Positions 1 to 8,505 of a stretch of DNA of 64,000 nt are shown one piece after another. Numbering within the stretch: position 1 is the first letter of the stretch; every line of letters begins with the position of its first letter. Below the pieces are notes generated by a model. It was not told where the DNA came from, made no database searches, and was given only the letters and a program-made list of their open reading frames with translations. Source of the DNA: Patescibacteria group bacterium (GTDB taxonomy: Bacteria; Patescibacteriota; Patescibacteriia; Patescibacteriales; UBA12465); assembly GCA_028687275.1 (NCBI GenBank), contig JAQUAK010000004.1, forward strand, positions 3,104-67,103, written 5' to 3'. Made by a program: the position numbers and the translations under genes.

Positions 1-367
1 CATATTTTTTTATTAATAAAGTAATACCTCTAATAACAATTCCGATTAGCCCGCCAAAAATACAAACCATTGAGAAAAATAAGACCATTTGTAAAGCCCC
101 TAGGAGAATAAAATAGCCGTCATAATCATATTCAATGAGCTGCCACAGAATTACAAATACAAAGCTTGTTAAAAATGAACCAATAAGCAATCTGGGCAAA
201 AATCTATAGCTCTTATCTTCATTTTGTACTAATACCATTAACATGCCCGCTGTAAATGGCAGCAAAAGTAGTTGCCAGCCCCACAAAAATTTAAACCAAT
301 CTGGCACAAGAACAAATAGTAGTCCAGATAAAATAGTTAAGCCAGAAATTAAATAAATTTTCTTCAT
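1..367 (-). CDS. integral membrane protein, partial (3' end runs off the window edge)
   Basis: Hand translation from ATG at 367-365 (MKKIYLISGLTILSGLLFVLVPDWFKFLWGWQLLLLPFTAGMLMV...) stays open to position 2. Strongly hydrophobic. Absent from the ORF track because no stop lies inside the window. Confidence 0.4.
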   Translation of the reverse strand, partial: MKKIYLISGLTILSGLLFVLVPDWFKFLWGWQLLLLPFTAGMLMVLVQNEDKSYRFLPRLLIGSFLTSFVFVILWQLIEYDYDGYFILLGALQMVLFFSMVCIFGGLIGIVIRGITLLIKKY

Positions 368-371
368 ATAT

Positions 372-1262
372 TTACCAATAAATTATATTTTCATCGTCCA
401 ACCAAAAAACATGTTCGTATCTATTTTTAGATAATCTATTATTTTGTTTAATAATTTCTCCCGTTTCAGTATCAGCAATAAACCAAGTCCAATATTCATT
501 GGGTGTATCGTAATCAATCTCTTCAATTTTAACCTCAATAGCCAATCTTCTATTGTTAGGCGAGAACATAGCTTTGCCAAAATCTAAAAATTTCTTATCT
601 TCCTGACGGTTCATCTCATAATAATGATTAATAGTTAGGCCTTCGATATTATTTTTTAAATCAATCAGACGCAGGCTTAAATCTCGATTATTACAAATAC
701 GATCAGTGTCTGGGGTTAATGGATACTTGTCACAATCACTTTCCAAAAAAACCACCCTCTGCCCGTCTGCCGATTTAGTAATTAACCTTCCCTTGGTTGA
801 TAATTCCACTGTTTTTCTAGTACTAAAATCTAAGTAATAATTAAAGAAGGGCCCATTATATAGTTTTGAGTCTTGTGGCCATTGCCAAGCTGAACCGATT
901 AAAGTATCGTCCGAAAGAGGCGTAAGTATTGGATCTATATAGTTAGTATAAAACCCCAAGGAGTCTTTGACTTCCTCATTTTTCATTATTCTGGTCCAAC
1001 CAACTCCACCTTCGCCTTTGATATGCACAAAAGAAAAGACATTTTCATTTTTATCAATGTTAAAAACTGACGCCTCATTGTTCGCTATCCAATTGGACAA
1101 TTCGTCAAATTTAGCATCAATATCTTCAAACTTATTTTGCGTCTGGCAATTGAAATATGGCGGTTGGGTTAAACAGGCGTCGCCACGCTTAAACCAATAA
1201 ATACCAACGGCAATAACTAATAGCAAGAAGACTGTTAAAATAATAAAAAATTTCTTACCCAT
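372..1262 (-). CDS. hypothetical N-terminally anchored or secreted protein; a FSPNNRRLAI segment weakly resembles a PD40/TolB-type beta-propeller repeat
   Basis: 296 aa ORF. N-terminal TM/signal (FFIILTVFLLLVIAVGIYWF). No family confidently recognised. Confidence 0.55.
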   Translation of the reverse strand: MGKKFFIILTVFLLLVIAVGIYWFKRGDACLTQPPYFNCQTQNKFEDIDAKFDELSNWIANNEASVFNIDKNENVFSFVHIKGEGGVGWTRIMKNEEVKDSLGFYTNYIDPILTPLSDDTLIGSAWQWPQDSKLYNGPFFNYYLDFSTRKTVELSTKGRLITKSADGQRVVFLESDCDKYPLTPDTDRICNNRDLSLRLIDLKNNIEGLTINHYYEMNRQEDKKFLDFGKAMFSPNNRRLAIEVKIEEIDYDTPNEYWTWFIADTETGEIIKQNNRLSKNRYEHVFWLDDENIIYW

Positions 1263-1264
1263 AT

Positions 1265-1618
1265 TTAATCAAAATTTAACATTATATAAAATATACCAAA
1301 CAATGATAAAACTATAGCCGAAATAGCTAGGAAGCTCATCATTGTCCAATTTTCCATTTTTTTGCCAGTAAAAAAAATAATTAACGAAACAAATGCTATC
1401 CAGATAAACAAATTTACAAAAAATTGGGGCCAAGCTCCAGCTGGTGGCCAATCGTGGCCCATTGGCGGAAACGGGTACTCAAAAACTCTTAACGGGAAGC
1501 CGCCTGTAGCAAATACTTGATTAATATTTATATTTTGAAGCCTATGATAAGAAAAAAACAAACTTAGCCAATTAAGCGATACCCCGAGACTTATAATTGA
1601 AATTATTTTATTTTTCAT
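1265..1618 (-). CDS. small integral membrane protein, hypothetical
   Basis: 117 aa ORF with three or more hydrophobic segments. Tightly packed between neighbours on the same strand. Confidence 0.45.
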   Translation of the reverse strand: MKNKIISIISLGVSLNWLSLFFSYHRLQNININQVFATGGFPLRVFEYPFPPMGHDWPPAGAWPQFFVNLFIWIAFVSLIIFFTGKKMENWTMMSFLAISAIVLSLFGIFYIMLNFD

Positions 1619-2060
1619 TTTTTTTATTTCTTATTCCGTTAAAATTATAGGCAATACAAATCAACAAATAATACCAAGCTAAATTAATAAGCACAAATCC
1701 CGCATTTACCCAATTAGAAAAAAATATGTCCGGTGCTTGTTGGCCAATATAGCTCAAAAATAGATGATACAAAAAACTAAAAACAAGTAAAAGTACGGCG
1801 ATTTTAAAGATTACATAATACTCTCCGCGAGCTGAAATCTTCTTTTTATAAAAAGCTATTGTTAAATAGGCGATAGCAATATACCGAATAATATCTATAA
1901 AAAAATTAATTAGCTGATGATAAAATATTTGCCCCTCCAAATAAAAGTTAAGTATTAAAAAACGATTAATCAAGATAGATAAAGCGCCAACCACAAAACT
2001 GGCAACAATCATTGCTAGAAATAACCTGGTTTTGTGTTTTGTCAATTTTATAAAGGTCAT
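1608..2060 (-). CDS. integral membrane protein, hypothetical
   Basis: 150 aa ORF with multiple hydrophobic helices. 11-nt overlap with the downstream gene. Confidence 0.45.
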   Translation of the reverse strand: MTFIKLTKHKTRLFLAMIVASFVVGALSILINRFLILNFYLEGQIFYHQLINFFIDIIRYIAIAYLTIAFYKKKISARGEYYVIFKIAVLLLVFSFLYHLFLSYIGQQAPDIFFSNWVNAGFVLINLAWYYLLICIAYNFNGIRNKKNEK

Positions 2061-2082
2061 ATTTTATTCATTAAGCGATTTT

Positions 2083-2829
2083 TTACCTAATTGCTCCACT
2101 ATAAGCAATACCACGAATAATATCCCACTTTTTTTGATACTCCCACTTATCAGGAAATATTTTAAAGTTGCCCATAGAAACTTCTAGATAGTGCCAAGCT
2201 ACTTTTTGTTTTTCGTAATCTATTATTTGTGGGCGTAAACCGTAAGTGGCAACTGTAATCATGGCATCATCATTGGCATTATCCATATTCGGCTGCCTGA
2301 GATAAATTTTTTCAAATACTATTTTCATTTCATTTTCTTTCTCAAGATTTCTTTGGGTAGGCCAGCGGCCGGCGGAAATCTTAATAATATCCTGCCAATC
2401 TAATTCGGAAATAGGAAAACGATTAAAGGTATAATAGAATGATTTTATTACACTCATTCTCTCACCAAATCCAATCGGACGGGAGCTCTCCGTTCCCTCA
2501 TAAATAAAAATCGTCGCAGTTCTAACTGCTACACTTGGAACTTCTCGCCCTTGTCGGGATAAATCATCAATTACCTGCTCTTTAAGTTCCTTAACCAACC
2601 AATCAGGCTCAGGATAGTTAATTACATATTCAGTTTTATTCATCAAATTTTGCGCCTCACGCAAAGTTGTTTGACTAATTGTCTCCCGATCGGTCTGCGC
2701 TTTGGCAACTAAGGAGAATCCAATTGAAAATAATAAAACAAACAATACAGTCAAGTTCCTCGCATAAACGAATTTCCATTTCTTATTTTTTTTCATAGTT
2801 TTAGTAATTAACTTAATCATTGCTCGCAT
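2083..2829 (-). CDS. secreted hypothetical protein
   Basis: 248 aa ORF. Basic N-terminus plus hydrophobic core ending ...SLVAKA-QTD, which looks like a signal peptide. Confidence 0.5.
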   Translation of the reverse strand: MRAMIKLITKTMKKNKKWKFVYARNLTVLFVLLFSIGFSLVAKAQTDRETISQTTLREAQNLMNKTEYVINYPEPDWLVKELKEQVIDDLSRQGREVPSVAVRTATIFIYEGTESSRPIGFGERMSVIKSFYYTFNRFPISELDWQDIIKISAGRWPTQRNLEKENEMKIVFEKIYLRQPNMDNANDDAMITVATYGLRPQIIDYEKQKVAWHYLEVSMGNFKIFPDKWEYQKKWDIIRGIAYSGAIR

Positions 2830-2859
2830 AGCTAAAGTATATCAAAAATAGCAACACAA

Positions 2860-3552
2860 TTAATTCAATTTTAAACTTGGTTCAACTATTTCTCTAAGTT
2901 CATCACAAGAAAAACTATCATCAAAACTATTACCAGCGCCGCTACCACAAGAATTTACAAAAAGAAGCCAATCTTTATTTAACTGCATCGGATAAAGGTC
3001 TCCTCCGGCGGCACATAAGTCAAAATCTTTTTTAAATTCTTCAAGAGATAAATATTCTGCTTCATTAGGCAATAGTGTGACCACGAAAGCCCTAGAATCC
3101 TGATCACTACCTTGATATTTAAAACTATATATAGTTTCTATTGAATCCCTAAATTTAGTTGTCAAGCTATCAAAATAAGCAATGTCATGTTCTACTCCGC
3201 ATTCATCAGACATTACCTTTAGTTGTTCGGAGCTATAACTAAAAGGTCGGGACTCTTTTGCAACCTCAATCTCGCCAGCAGAATAACTTAATGGCTCTTT
3301 ATCATCACCGCAGTCACAAAGAACTTTTTCGCCACACAAGGTAGACACGCTTCCACATGGGACTTGTATATTCTCATATTCTTTACATCCGAATAAACCT
3401 TCACAAGTTTTCAAATTGAACTCACAATATCCTTTTTCTGGATATGCCTTAAAATCATTATCACAGGTCGCAGGAATTAAAAAAAATAAAGCAAAAATAA
3501 TAAACAATAAAAGAAATATTATTAAAATGCTTAACTTCCAATTCATTTTCAT
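2860..3552 (-). CDS. secreted or anchored Cys-rich hypothetical protein
   Basis: 230 aa ORF. N-terminal TM (LSILIIFLLLFIIFALFFLI) followed by a Cys cluster (CDNDF..CEFNLKTCEGLFGCKEY..CGSVSTLCGEKVLCDCG). Confidence 0.5.
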   Translation of the reverse strand: MKMNWKLSILIIFLLLFIIFALFFLIPATCDNDFKAYPEKGYCEFNLKTCEGLFGCKEYENIQVPCGSVSTLCGEKVLCDCGDDKEPLSYSAGEIEVAKESRPFSYSSEQLKVMSDECGVEHDIAYFDSLTTKFRDSIETIYSFKYQGSDQDSRAFVVTLLPNEAEYLSLEEFKKDFDLCAAGGDLYPMQLNKDWLLFVNSCGSGAGNSFDDSFSCDELREIVEPSLKLN

Positions 3553-3576
3553 ATCTTTTTTTATTTATTTATTTAC

Positions 3577-4725
3577 CTATCTAGAGTCTTGTTCTATACT
3601 ATCAATAATTTGGATGGTTTCTCTAAGCTTTTTTTCGGTAGCACATTTTTTTTCCAAAATATTATTTAGAGCTGTGTCAGGAATCTCCACAAAACGTTTT
3701 CCGACTAAATTTTCTGTGAAATACATTTTTACCAGCCTATTTTCCTCTAAAGGTACGACTGAGTTTTTAACTTTTTTTACCTCTAAACAATCCTTACTTG
3801 CCTCAATGGCTAATTGATTATAAAAATCAAAAAGATAACTAATGGTTAAATTTCTTTTGAAATAAAATTTATTCTTCATTAAAATTTTTGTCACTATTCC
3901 TAACTCAGTATTATTAGTCTGTAGAGATTCATTTAAACCTTGTTTCCAAACAATATACTCTATTGAGAAAGGAGCTGAATTACCTTTTTCTTGGTAGTTT
4001 TCTAATTTAGATTGATATTCTAATAAAGCCAAAGAGTTTTTTGGAATTATTGAGATAACTTTTTGCAAAACATCTAACCCGGTGTTCTTAATACCAATGC
4101 CAACTAAATGAGTAATTAATAAACCTTGTGAATTTTCTATGGCACTTCCAACAATAATTGACTTAAAGGCCTCGCCAAGCGCTTCTTTATTCTGACCATT
4201 TTTAGCCAACCAGACAGCTTTAACACCACTTAAACGACTTACTTCTCGCCAAGTATTCATCGCCGTCACTGGCATATCGCTGGATATTTTTGACTGGCGG
4301 TCTGCTTCGGGCAACTGGAACACTCCTTTAGCAGCAGAATCAGTAAAATATTGTAAAACGTCTTCATTATCAGCTAGAAGTTGTGTAACAACTTCCTGAT
4401 TCCACTCGTCACTGTTTAAGTAATCAGAAACTAACTGTTTTCCTTTAGGAATATTTTTTAGACTAATCAACTCCTGATGTTTTTCTGTATCGTATAGTTT
4501 ATTCAAATCATAGAAAGCATTTTCTTCTTCAGGGAGATTGATTGTTTGTAGTTGTAAATTTGAGTCATCTACGGGCGGAATATCTTTTCCTTTGATGATA
4601 CTCAAAAATGACGGGATTATTATAATAACTATAATAAAAGCCCCCACTGCTACTAGAAATTTTAAACCTCCGCTAATAATTTGTGAAACAATTGTTTTAT
4701 TATTTTTTTGCATAATTATAATCAT
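3577..4725 (-). CDS. membrane-anchored hypothetical protein
   Basis: 382 aa ORF. Single N-terminal TM (LKFLVAVGAFIIVIIIIPSFL) then a large helical-looking ectodomain. No family recognised. Confidence 0.5.
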   Translation of the reverse strand: MIIIMQKNNKTIVSQIISGGLKFLVAVGAFIIVIIIIPSFLSIIKGKDIPPVDDSNLQLQTINLPEEENAFYDLNKLYDTEKHQELISLKNIPKGKQLVSDYLNSDEWNQEVVTQLLADNEDVLQYFTDSAAKGVFQLPEADRQSKISSDMPVTAMNTWREVSRLSGVKAVWLAKNGQNKEALGEAFKSIIVGSAIENSQGLLITHLVGIGIKNTGLDVLQKVISIIPKNSLALLEYQSKLENYQEKGNSAPFSIEYIVWKQGLNESLQTNNTELGIVTKILMKNKFYFKRNLTISYLFDFYNQLAIEASKDCLEVKKVKNSVVPLEENRLVKMYFTENLVGKRFVEIPDTALNNILEKKCATEKKLRETIQIIDSIEQDSR

Positions 4726-4830
4726 TGATTATATAACTAAAGTATATCAAAAATAGCATACTTATAACAGAACTCGGATTCGAACTAATAATCACCTTTA
4801 TTTACGGCTCTTTTTACAAATTTGACTCTA

Positions 4831-4858
4831 ACAAAAAAACATGACCTAAATCATGTTT
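4831..4858 (-). terminator. putative intrinsic terminator downstream of tRNA-Gln
   Basis: Hairpin AACATGA-N6-TCATGTT (4838-4857), followed on the minus strand by a T-run (complement of the A-run at 4832-4837). Confidence 0.5.
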
Positions 4859-4916
4859 TCTTGTTTTTTGGCTAGTTTTACGACAAATATGTCGGTCTAC
4901 AGCACAAAAAATGTGT

Positions 4917-4990
4917 TGGCTCGGGGACATGGATTCGAACCATGATTGACGGCTTCAAAGGCCGCTGTCCTACCATTAGACGATCCCCGA
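4917..4990 (-). tRNA. tRNA-Gln (anticodon UUG), CCA encoded
   Basis: Minus-strand read TCGGGGATCGTCTAATGGTAGGACAGCGGCCTTTGAAGCCGTCAATCATGGTTCGAATCCATGTCCCCGAGCCA. 7-bp acceptor stem, anticodon loop CTTTGAA, canonical GGTTCGAATCC T-arm. Confidence 0.9.
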
Positions 4991-5081
4991 AATATGGATT
5001 TATCTTAATAAACTTTGCTCATCAAGTCAACTAAAAGGCAAAAATAAAAGACTTTTCAATAAAAGACTTTGGAAAAGAGAA

Positions 5082-5990
5082 TTAACCGCGGGCATATTTA
5101 CGCACAGCGAAGAAGCTGGCCACAAGGGTAATAAAGAGAATAATGCCAAACTGAGCTCCGAAAATAGGCCAAAAGTTATTTACAAAATAAGTGACTAAAT
5201 TAACATTGTAACCAGCCAAAAATACCTCTAAGTAGGGCTGAAACAGAGTTAAGAAAGGATAGAATATAGAAATCATTAATGAGACGCTAATAACAGCATA
5301 GATAAAAGCTGAGAACATAAAAGGCATGTAAATAAAATAGTTAGAGGCGCCAACTAGACGCATAATTTCAATTTCACGCTTATGCGTATAAACAGCGACT
5401 CTAATAGAATTATAAACTACCAACAAACTAGTCAAAACAAAAATAAAAATAATAACCAATCCAACTTCGCTTACTCTTTTGGTGATAGATTGAATTTTAT
5501 TAACCACAGCCGTATTATCACTAAAATCACGTGATTCAATAATATCAGAATCTATTTGACGCAAAGAATTAACTAAATTAGTTGTCTCATCAAAATTACT
5601 AGGCGTAATTGCCAAGCTAGGAGACAAGGGGTTGCTACCAAGTTCTCGTAGGGCTTGTAATATTTCTGGATTATCCCGGTACTTTGAACGAAAAGACTCT
5701 AGGGCAGTTTGCTTGGAAGTGTAAACTATTGATTTAACTTCAGGCATAGCCTCAATCTTACTACGTAAAGCTGTAATATTGTTCTCAGAGGCATCAGCAT
5801 TTAAATATAAACTAATATCAATTTTCTCTTTGACCGCATTAACCGCATTATCACTCACCGTTTGCACGGTTAACATCGTGTTGATTGATAATAAAGCTAA
5901 TAACAAAATGGTAATGGTGACAATTGACAACCAAATGTTTCGAGCAATATCTTGCAAACTAAATTTAATGATGCGTAGAAAAGAGAGCAT
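5082..5990 (-). CDS. ftsX: cell division ABC transporter permease-like protein FtsX
   Basis: 302 aa. N-terminal TM, large extracytoplasmic loop, three C-terminal TMs. 5 nt downstream of ftsE. Start MLSFLRIIKFSLQDIARNIWLS is typical of FtsX. Confidence 0.85.
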   Translation of the reverse strand: MLSFLRIIKFSLQDIARNIWLSIVTITILLLALLSINTMLTVQTVSDNAVNAVKEKIDISLYLNADASENNITALRSKIEAMPEVKSIVYTSKQTALESFRSKYRDNPEILQALRELGSNPLSPSLAITPSNFDETTNLVNSLRQIDSDIIESRDFSDNTAVVNKIQSITKRVSEVGLVIIFIFVLTSLLVVYNSIRVAVYTHKREIEIMRLVGASNYFIYMPFMFSAFIYAVISVSLMISIFYPFLTLFQPYLEVFLAGYNVNLVTYFVNNFWPIFGAQFGIILFITLVASFFAVRKYARG

Positions 5991-5995
5991 AATTA

Positions 5996-6676
5996 TTAAA
6001 GCAAATATTTGCCATGAGCTAAGTCACTCACGACTCGACCGCGATCCATAGTAATAACGCGACGATTTAAACGATTCACAATTTCTTTATTATGGGTCAC
6101 CAAAATAACGGTAGTGCCAAATTTATTAATACGTAAAAGTAGATCTATAATCTCATCAGCATTAATAGCGTCTAAATTACCAGTTGGCTCATCAGCTAAT
6201 AGGATGCGGGGCTGATGCACTAAAGATCTAGCAATAGCTGCTCGTTGCTGCTCGCCACCAGAAACCTCATGAGGATAACGATTAGCTTTGTCTTCTAGTC
6301 CAACAATCTTTAAAACACTTGGCACAATTTTATTTATTTTTCCGCGACTAGCCCCACAAACTTCAAGAGCAAAAGCGACATTCTCTTTTAAGGTTTTTTT
6401 GGGTAATAGTTTAAAGTCTTGAAAAATAACACCAATCTGGCGACGTAAATAAGGAATTTCGTGTCTATTTAGGTTAGTAATATCCCAGTCACCGACAACT
6501 ACCTGCCCCTCATCAGCGCGCTCTTCGCCAATTAACAGTTTAACTAAAGTTGGTTTACCAGCGCCTGATTGACCAACTAGTGAAACAAATTCTCCAGCTT
6601 TAATATAAATATTGGCATCACGCAATACCTGATTTTTGTTGGAATAGCTTTTGGAAACATGCAACAGGGTAATCAT
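5996..6676 (-). CDS. ftsE: cell division ATP-binding protein FtsE (ABC ATPase)
   Basis: 226 aa. Walker A GQSGAGKPT, signature VSGGEQQR, Walker B ILLADEPTGNLD, H-loop VTHN. Adjacent to ftsX. Confidence 0.9.
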   Translation of the reverse strand: MITLLHVSKSYSNKNQVLRDANIYIKAGEFVSLVGQSGAGKPTLVKLLIGEERADEGQVVVGDWDITNLNRHEIPYLRRQIGVIFQDFKLLPKKTLKENVAFALEVCGASRGKINKIVPSVLKIVGLEDKANRYPHEVSGGEQQRAAIARSLVHQPRILLADEPTGNLDAINADEIIDLLLRINKFGTTVILVTHNKEIVNRLNRRVITMDRGRVVSDLAHGKYLL

Positions 6677-6681
6677 AAGTT

Positions 6682-8280
6682 TTATTGACTAATCTGCTTA
6701 AGTGAATAATTCAGAAGAGTTTCGTTGTCCTTAAAATTATTATTTTTACTGTCCGCACCAAAATTAATCACAATCAATTTACCGGCAGGTGTGTCCACTC
6801 GAGTCATTAAACAATAACCAGCTTCATCTAAATAACCCGTCTTTGAGCCAGAAATCTGATATTTGCCACCAAACAGTAAGGTATTAGTGTTTTTTAGATT
6901 ATGTTTAATGCCACTGTTTATCGTCGTAAAAGAATAACGCGGAGTTGTGCTTAATTTTTGCAATAAAGGATTTTTAAAAATCTCTTTTGTCATTATAGCA
7001 TAATCGAGGGGAGAACTCACATTATCTGGTGATAAACCAGTGGGCTCTATAAAATTAGTCTTTGTTGCTCCCCAAGCTTTTGCCTGAAGATTCATTTTTT
7101 CTATAAAAACAGTTCGACTTAAACCACTTACTCTCACCAAGCTCTCGACCGCATTATTAGCAGATCCGACTAAAGCAGCGTAGAGCAAGTTTTCAATTGT
7201 CATTGTTTCCCCATCTTTAACTGTAAGTTTAGCTGACTCCCAAGGCTTACAATATTCGTAATTATACTTTTCATCCTGCACAGAATATGAAACAACTTTA
7301 TCTAAACTTGGCTTAGTGTCTAAAAATACTTGGGCCGCAATTAATTTAGTTAAACTAGCTAAGGGCGCACTTGAACTAGCGTTTTTAGAAAATAAAATTT
7401 CACCATCACCTTCTCTCATAACAATTGCTGCTCTGGAATTGATTTCTGGCACGCCACTAGCTGGTCGTAACTTATCTATATCTTCAGCGGCAATAAGTTT
7501 TTTGGTTTCAATTTTTACATTAATAATACCATCTCTAGTAGAAGCTATTTTATTAAAAGCAACTGCGTCTAAATCAATTACTCGATTAGGAAATAAACTA
7601 CGATTAGGCCCATAATCGTTAACAGTCACATCCACTGTTTTACCATTATCTAAATTTGTAACTTTTAAAATTGTCCCTGCTTTAAAATCAGGTGAAGCGG
7701 CAAATAGACCACCCTTGAAACGATACCAACTAGCTTGACCAACAGTCATCACTTCATCACTTGATAAGATAGCGACGCGTGCATAAGGCAAATGAATATA
7801 AGCGCTAACTACATGTCTAACAGGATCGTCAACTGATGGCAATGGGCGCCAAATTTTTTGAGTGCCATCATAGAAAAAAATCTGTTTATAGTATTTATTA
7901 TCGCCCTGATAAGCAAGCTCTAAACGAACAGGCTTGGCATTATTATAAGCTTGACCACGATCACTAAAATCGAATTGATAAACATCACTTAAGGGCGTAT
8001 AATTCCAAGGCCAAACGAAATCTGAACCCAGTTGATCAAGCTTCATTCCCGTATTAGCTTTAATAGCGGTTGATTCGACTTTAACTTTAAAAATACCTAA
8101 AGATAGGGATTGGTCTGAGCCCTTTGCCCAATTAGCACTAACGGTTTGTGGTAACTGATTTAAAACTGTCTCAGCTTTAACCGTTTGGCTAGCAGATGCA
8201 ATAAAAACAACTAAAGCAAGGGGTAGAAAAACCAAGGCTATATTTTTTTTCATCATATTTTTATTGATTGACTTAGACAT
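6682..8280 (-). CDS. secreted fusion protein: RlpA-like double-psi beta-barrel domain plus serine-type D-Ala-D-Ala carboxypeptidase (PBP5/S11-like)
   Basis: 532 aa with a signal peptide. DPBB motif ASWYRFKGG..TILKVTNLDNGKTVDVTVNDYGPN..RVIDLD. Then SxxK (ASLTK), SGS and KTG (SKTGYL) penicillin-binding motifs. Confidence 0.8.
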   Translation of the reverse strand: MSKSINKNMMKKNIALVFLPLALVVFIASASQTVKAETVLNQLPQTVSANWAKGSDQSLSLGIFKVKVESTAIKANTGMKLDQLGSDFVWPWNYTPLSDVYQFDFSDRGQAYNNAKPVRLELAYQGDNKYYKQIFFYDGTQKIWRPLPSVDDPVRHVVSAYIHLPYARVAILSSDEVMTVGQASWYRFKGGLFAASPDFKAGTILKVTNLDNGKTVDVTVNDYGPNRSLFPNRVIDLDAVAFNKIASTRDGIINVKIETKKLIAAEDIDKLRPASGVPEINSRAAIVMREGDGEILFSKNASSSAPLASLTKLIAAQVFLDTKPSLDKVVSYSVQDEKYNYEYCKPWESAKLTVKDGETMTIENLLYAALVGSANNAVESLVRVSGLSRTVFIEKMNLQAKAWGATKTNFIEPTGLSPDNVSSPLDYAIMTKEIFKNPLLQKLSTTPRYSFTTINSGIKHNLKNTNTLLFGGKYQISGSKTGYLDEAGYCLMTRVDTPAGKLIVINFGADSKNNNFKDNETLLNYSLKQISQ

Positions 8281-8310
8281 CTTCTTCTGTTTATAATAAG
8301 TAAGATAAAC

Positions 8311-8382
8311 GCGGGTGTCGTATAATGGTTATTATGCAAGCTTCCCAAGCTTGAGACGGCGGTCCGATTCCGCTCACCCGCT
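8311..8382 (+). tRNA. tRNA-Gly (anticodon CCC), no encoded CCA, atypical T-loop
   Basis: GCGGGTG acceptor pairs with CACCCGC, discriminator U. Anticodon stem-loop CAAGC-TTCCCAA-GCTTG. T-arm GGCGG-TCCGATT-CCGCT. Confidence 0.8.
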
Positions 8383-8390
8383 CAGATAAA

Positions 8391-8466
8391 GCCGAGATAG
8401 CTCAACTGGTAGAGCAACGGTATCGTAAACCGTAGGTTGTGGGTTCAATTCCCATTCTCGGCTCCA
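8391..8466 (+). tRNA. tRNA-Thr (anticodon CGU), CCA encoded
   Basis: GCCGAGA acceptor pairs with TCTCGGC. Anticodon stem-loop ACGGT-ATCGTAA-ACCGT. T-arm GTGGG-TTCAATT-CCCAT. Ends TCCA. Confidence 0.9.
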
Positions 8467-8476
8467 ACAAATAATT

Positions 8477-8503
8477 AAACCGGCTTGTGTCGGTTTTTTT
8501 ATT
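8477..8503 (+). terminator. putative intrinsic terminator after the tRNA-Gly/tRNA-Thr pair
   Basis: ACCGGC-TTGT-GTCGGT hairpin followed by a T-run of seven or more. It also sits just past the stop of the convergent FtsB-like gene. Confidence 0.55.
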
Positions 8504-8505
8504 TT

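Noticed and set aside
4770-4800. GGATTCGAAC (4776-4785) resembles the reverse complement of a tRNA T-arm and could mark a tRNA fragment or att site next to tRNA-Gln
   Set aside because: Only the 10-nt T-loop core is shared with tRNA-Gln. The flanking bases do not form a T-stem or acceptor stem. No integrase or matching direct repeat is present.
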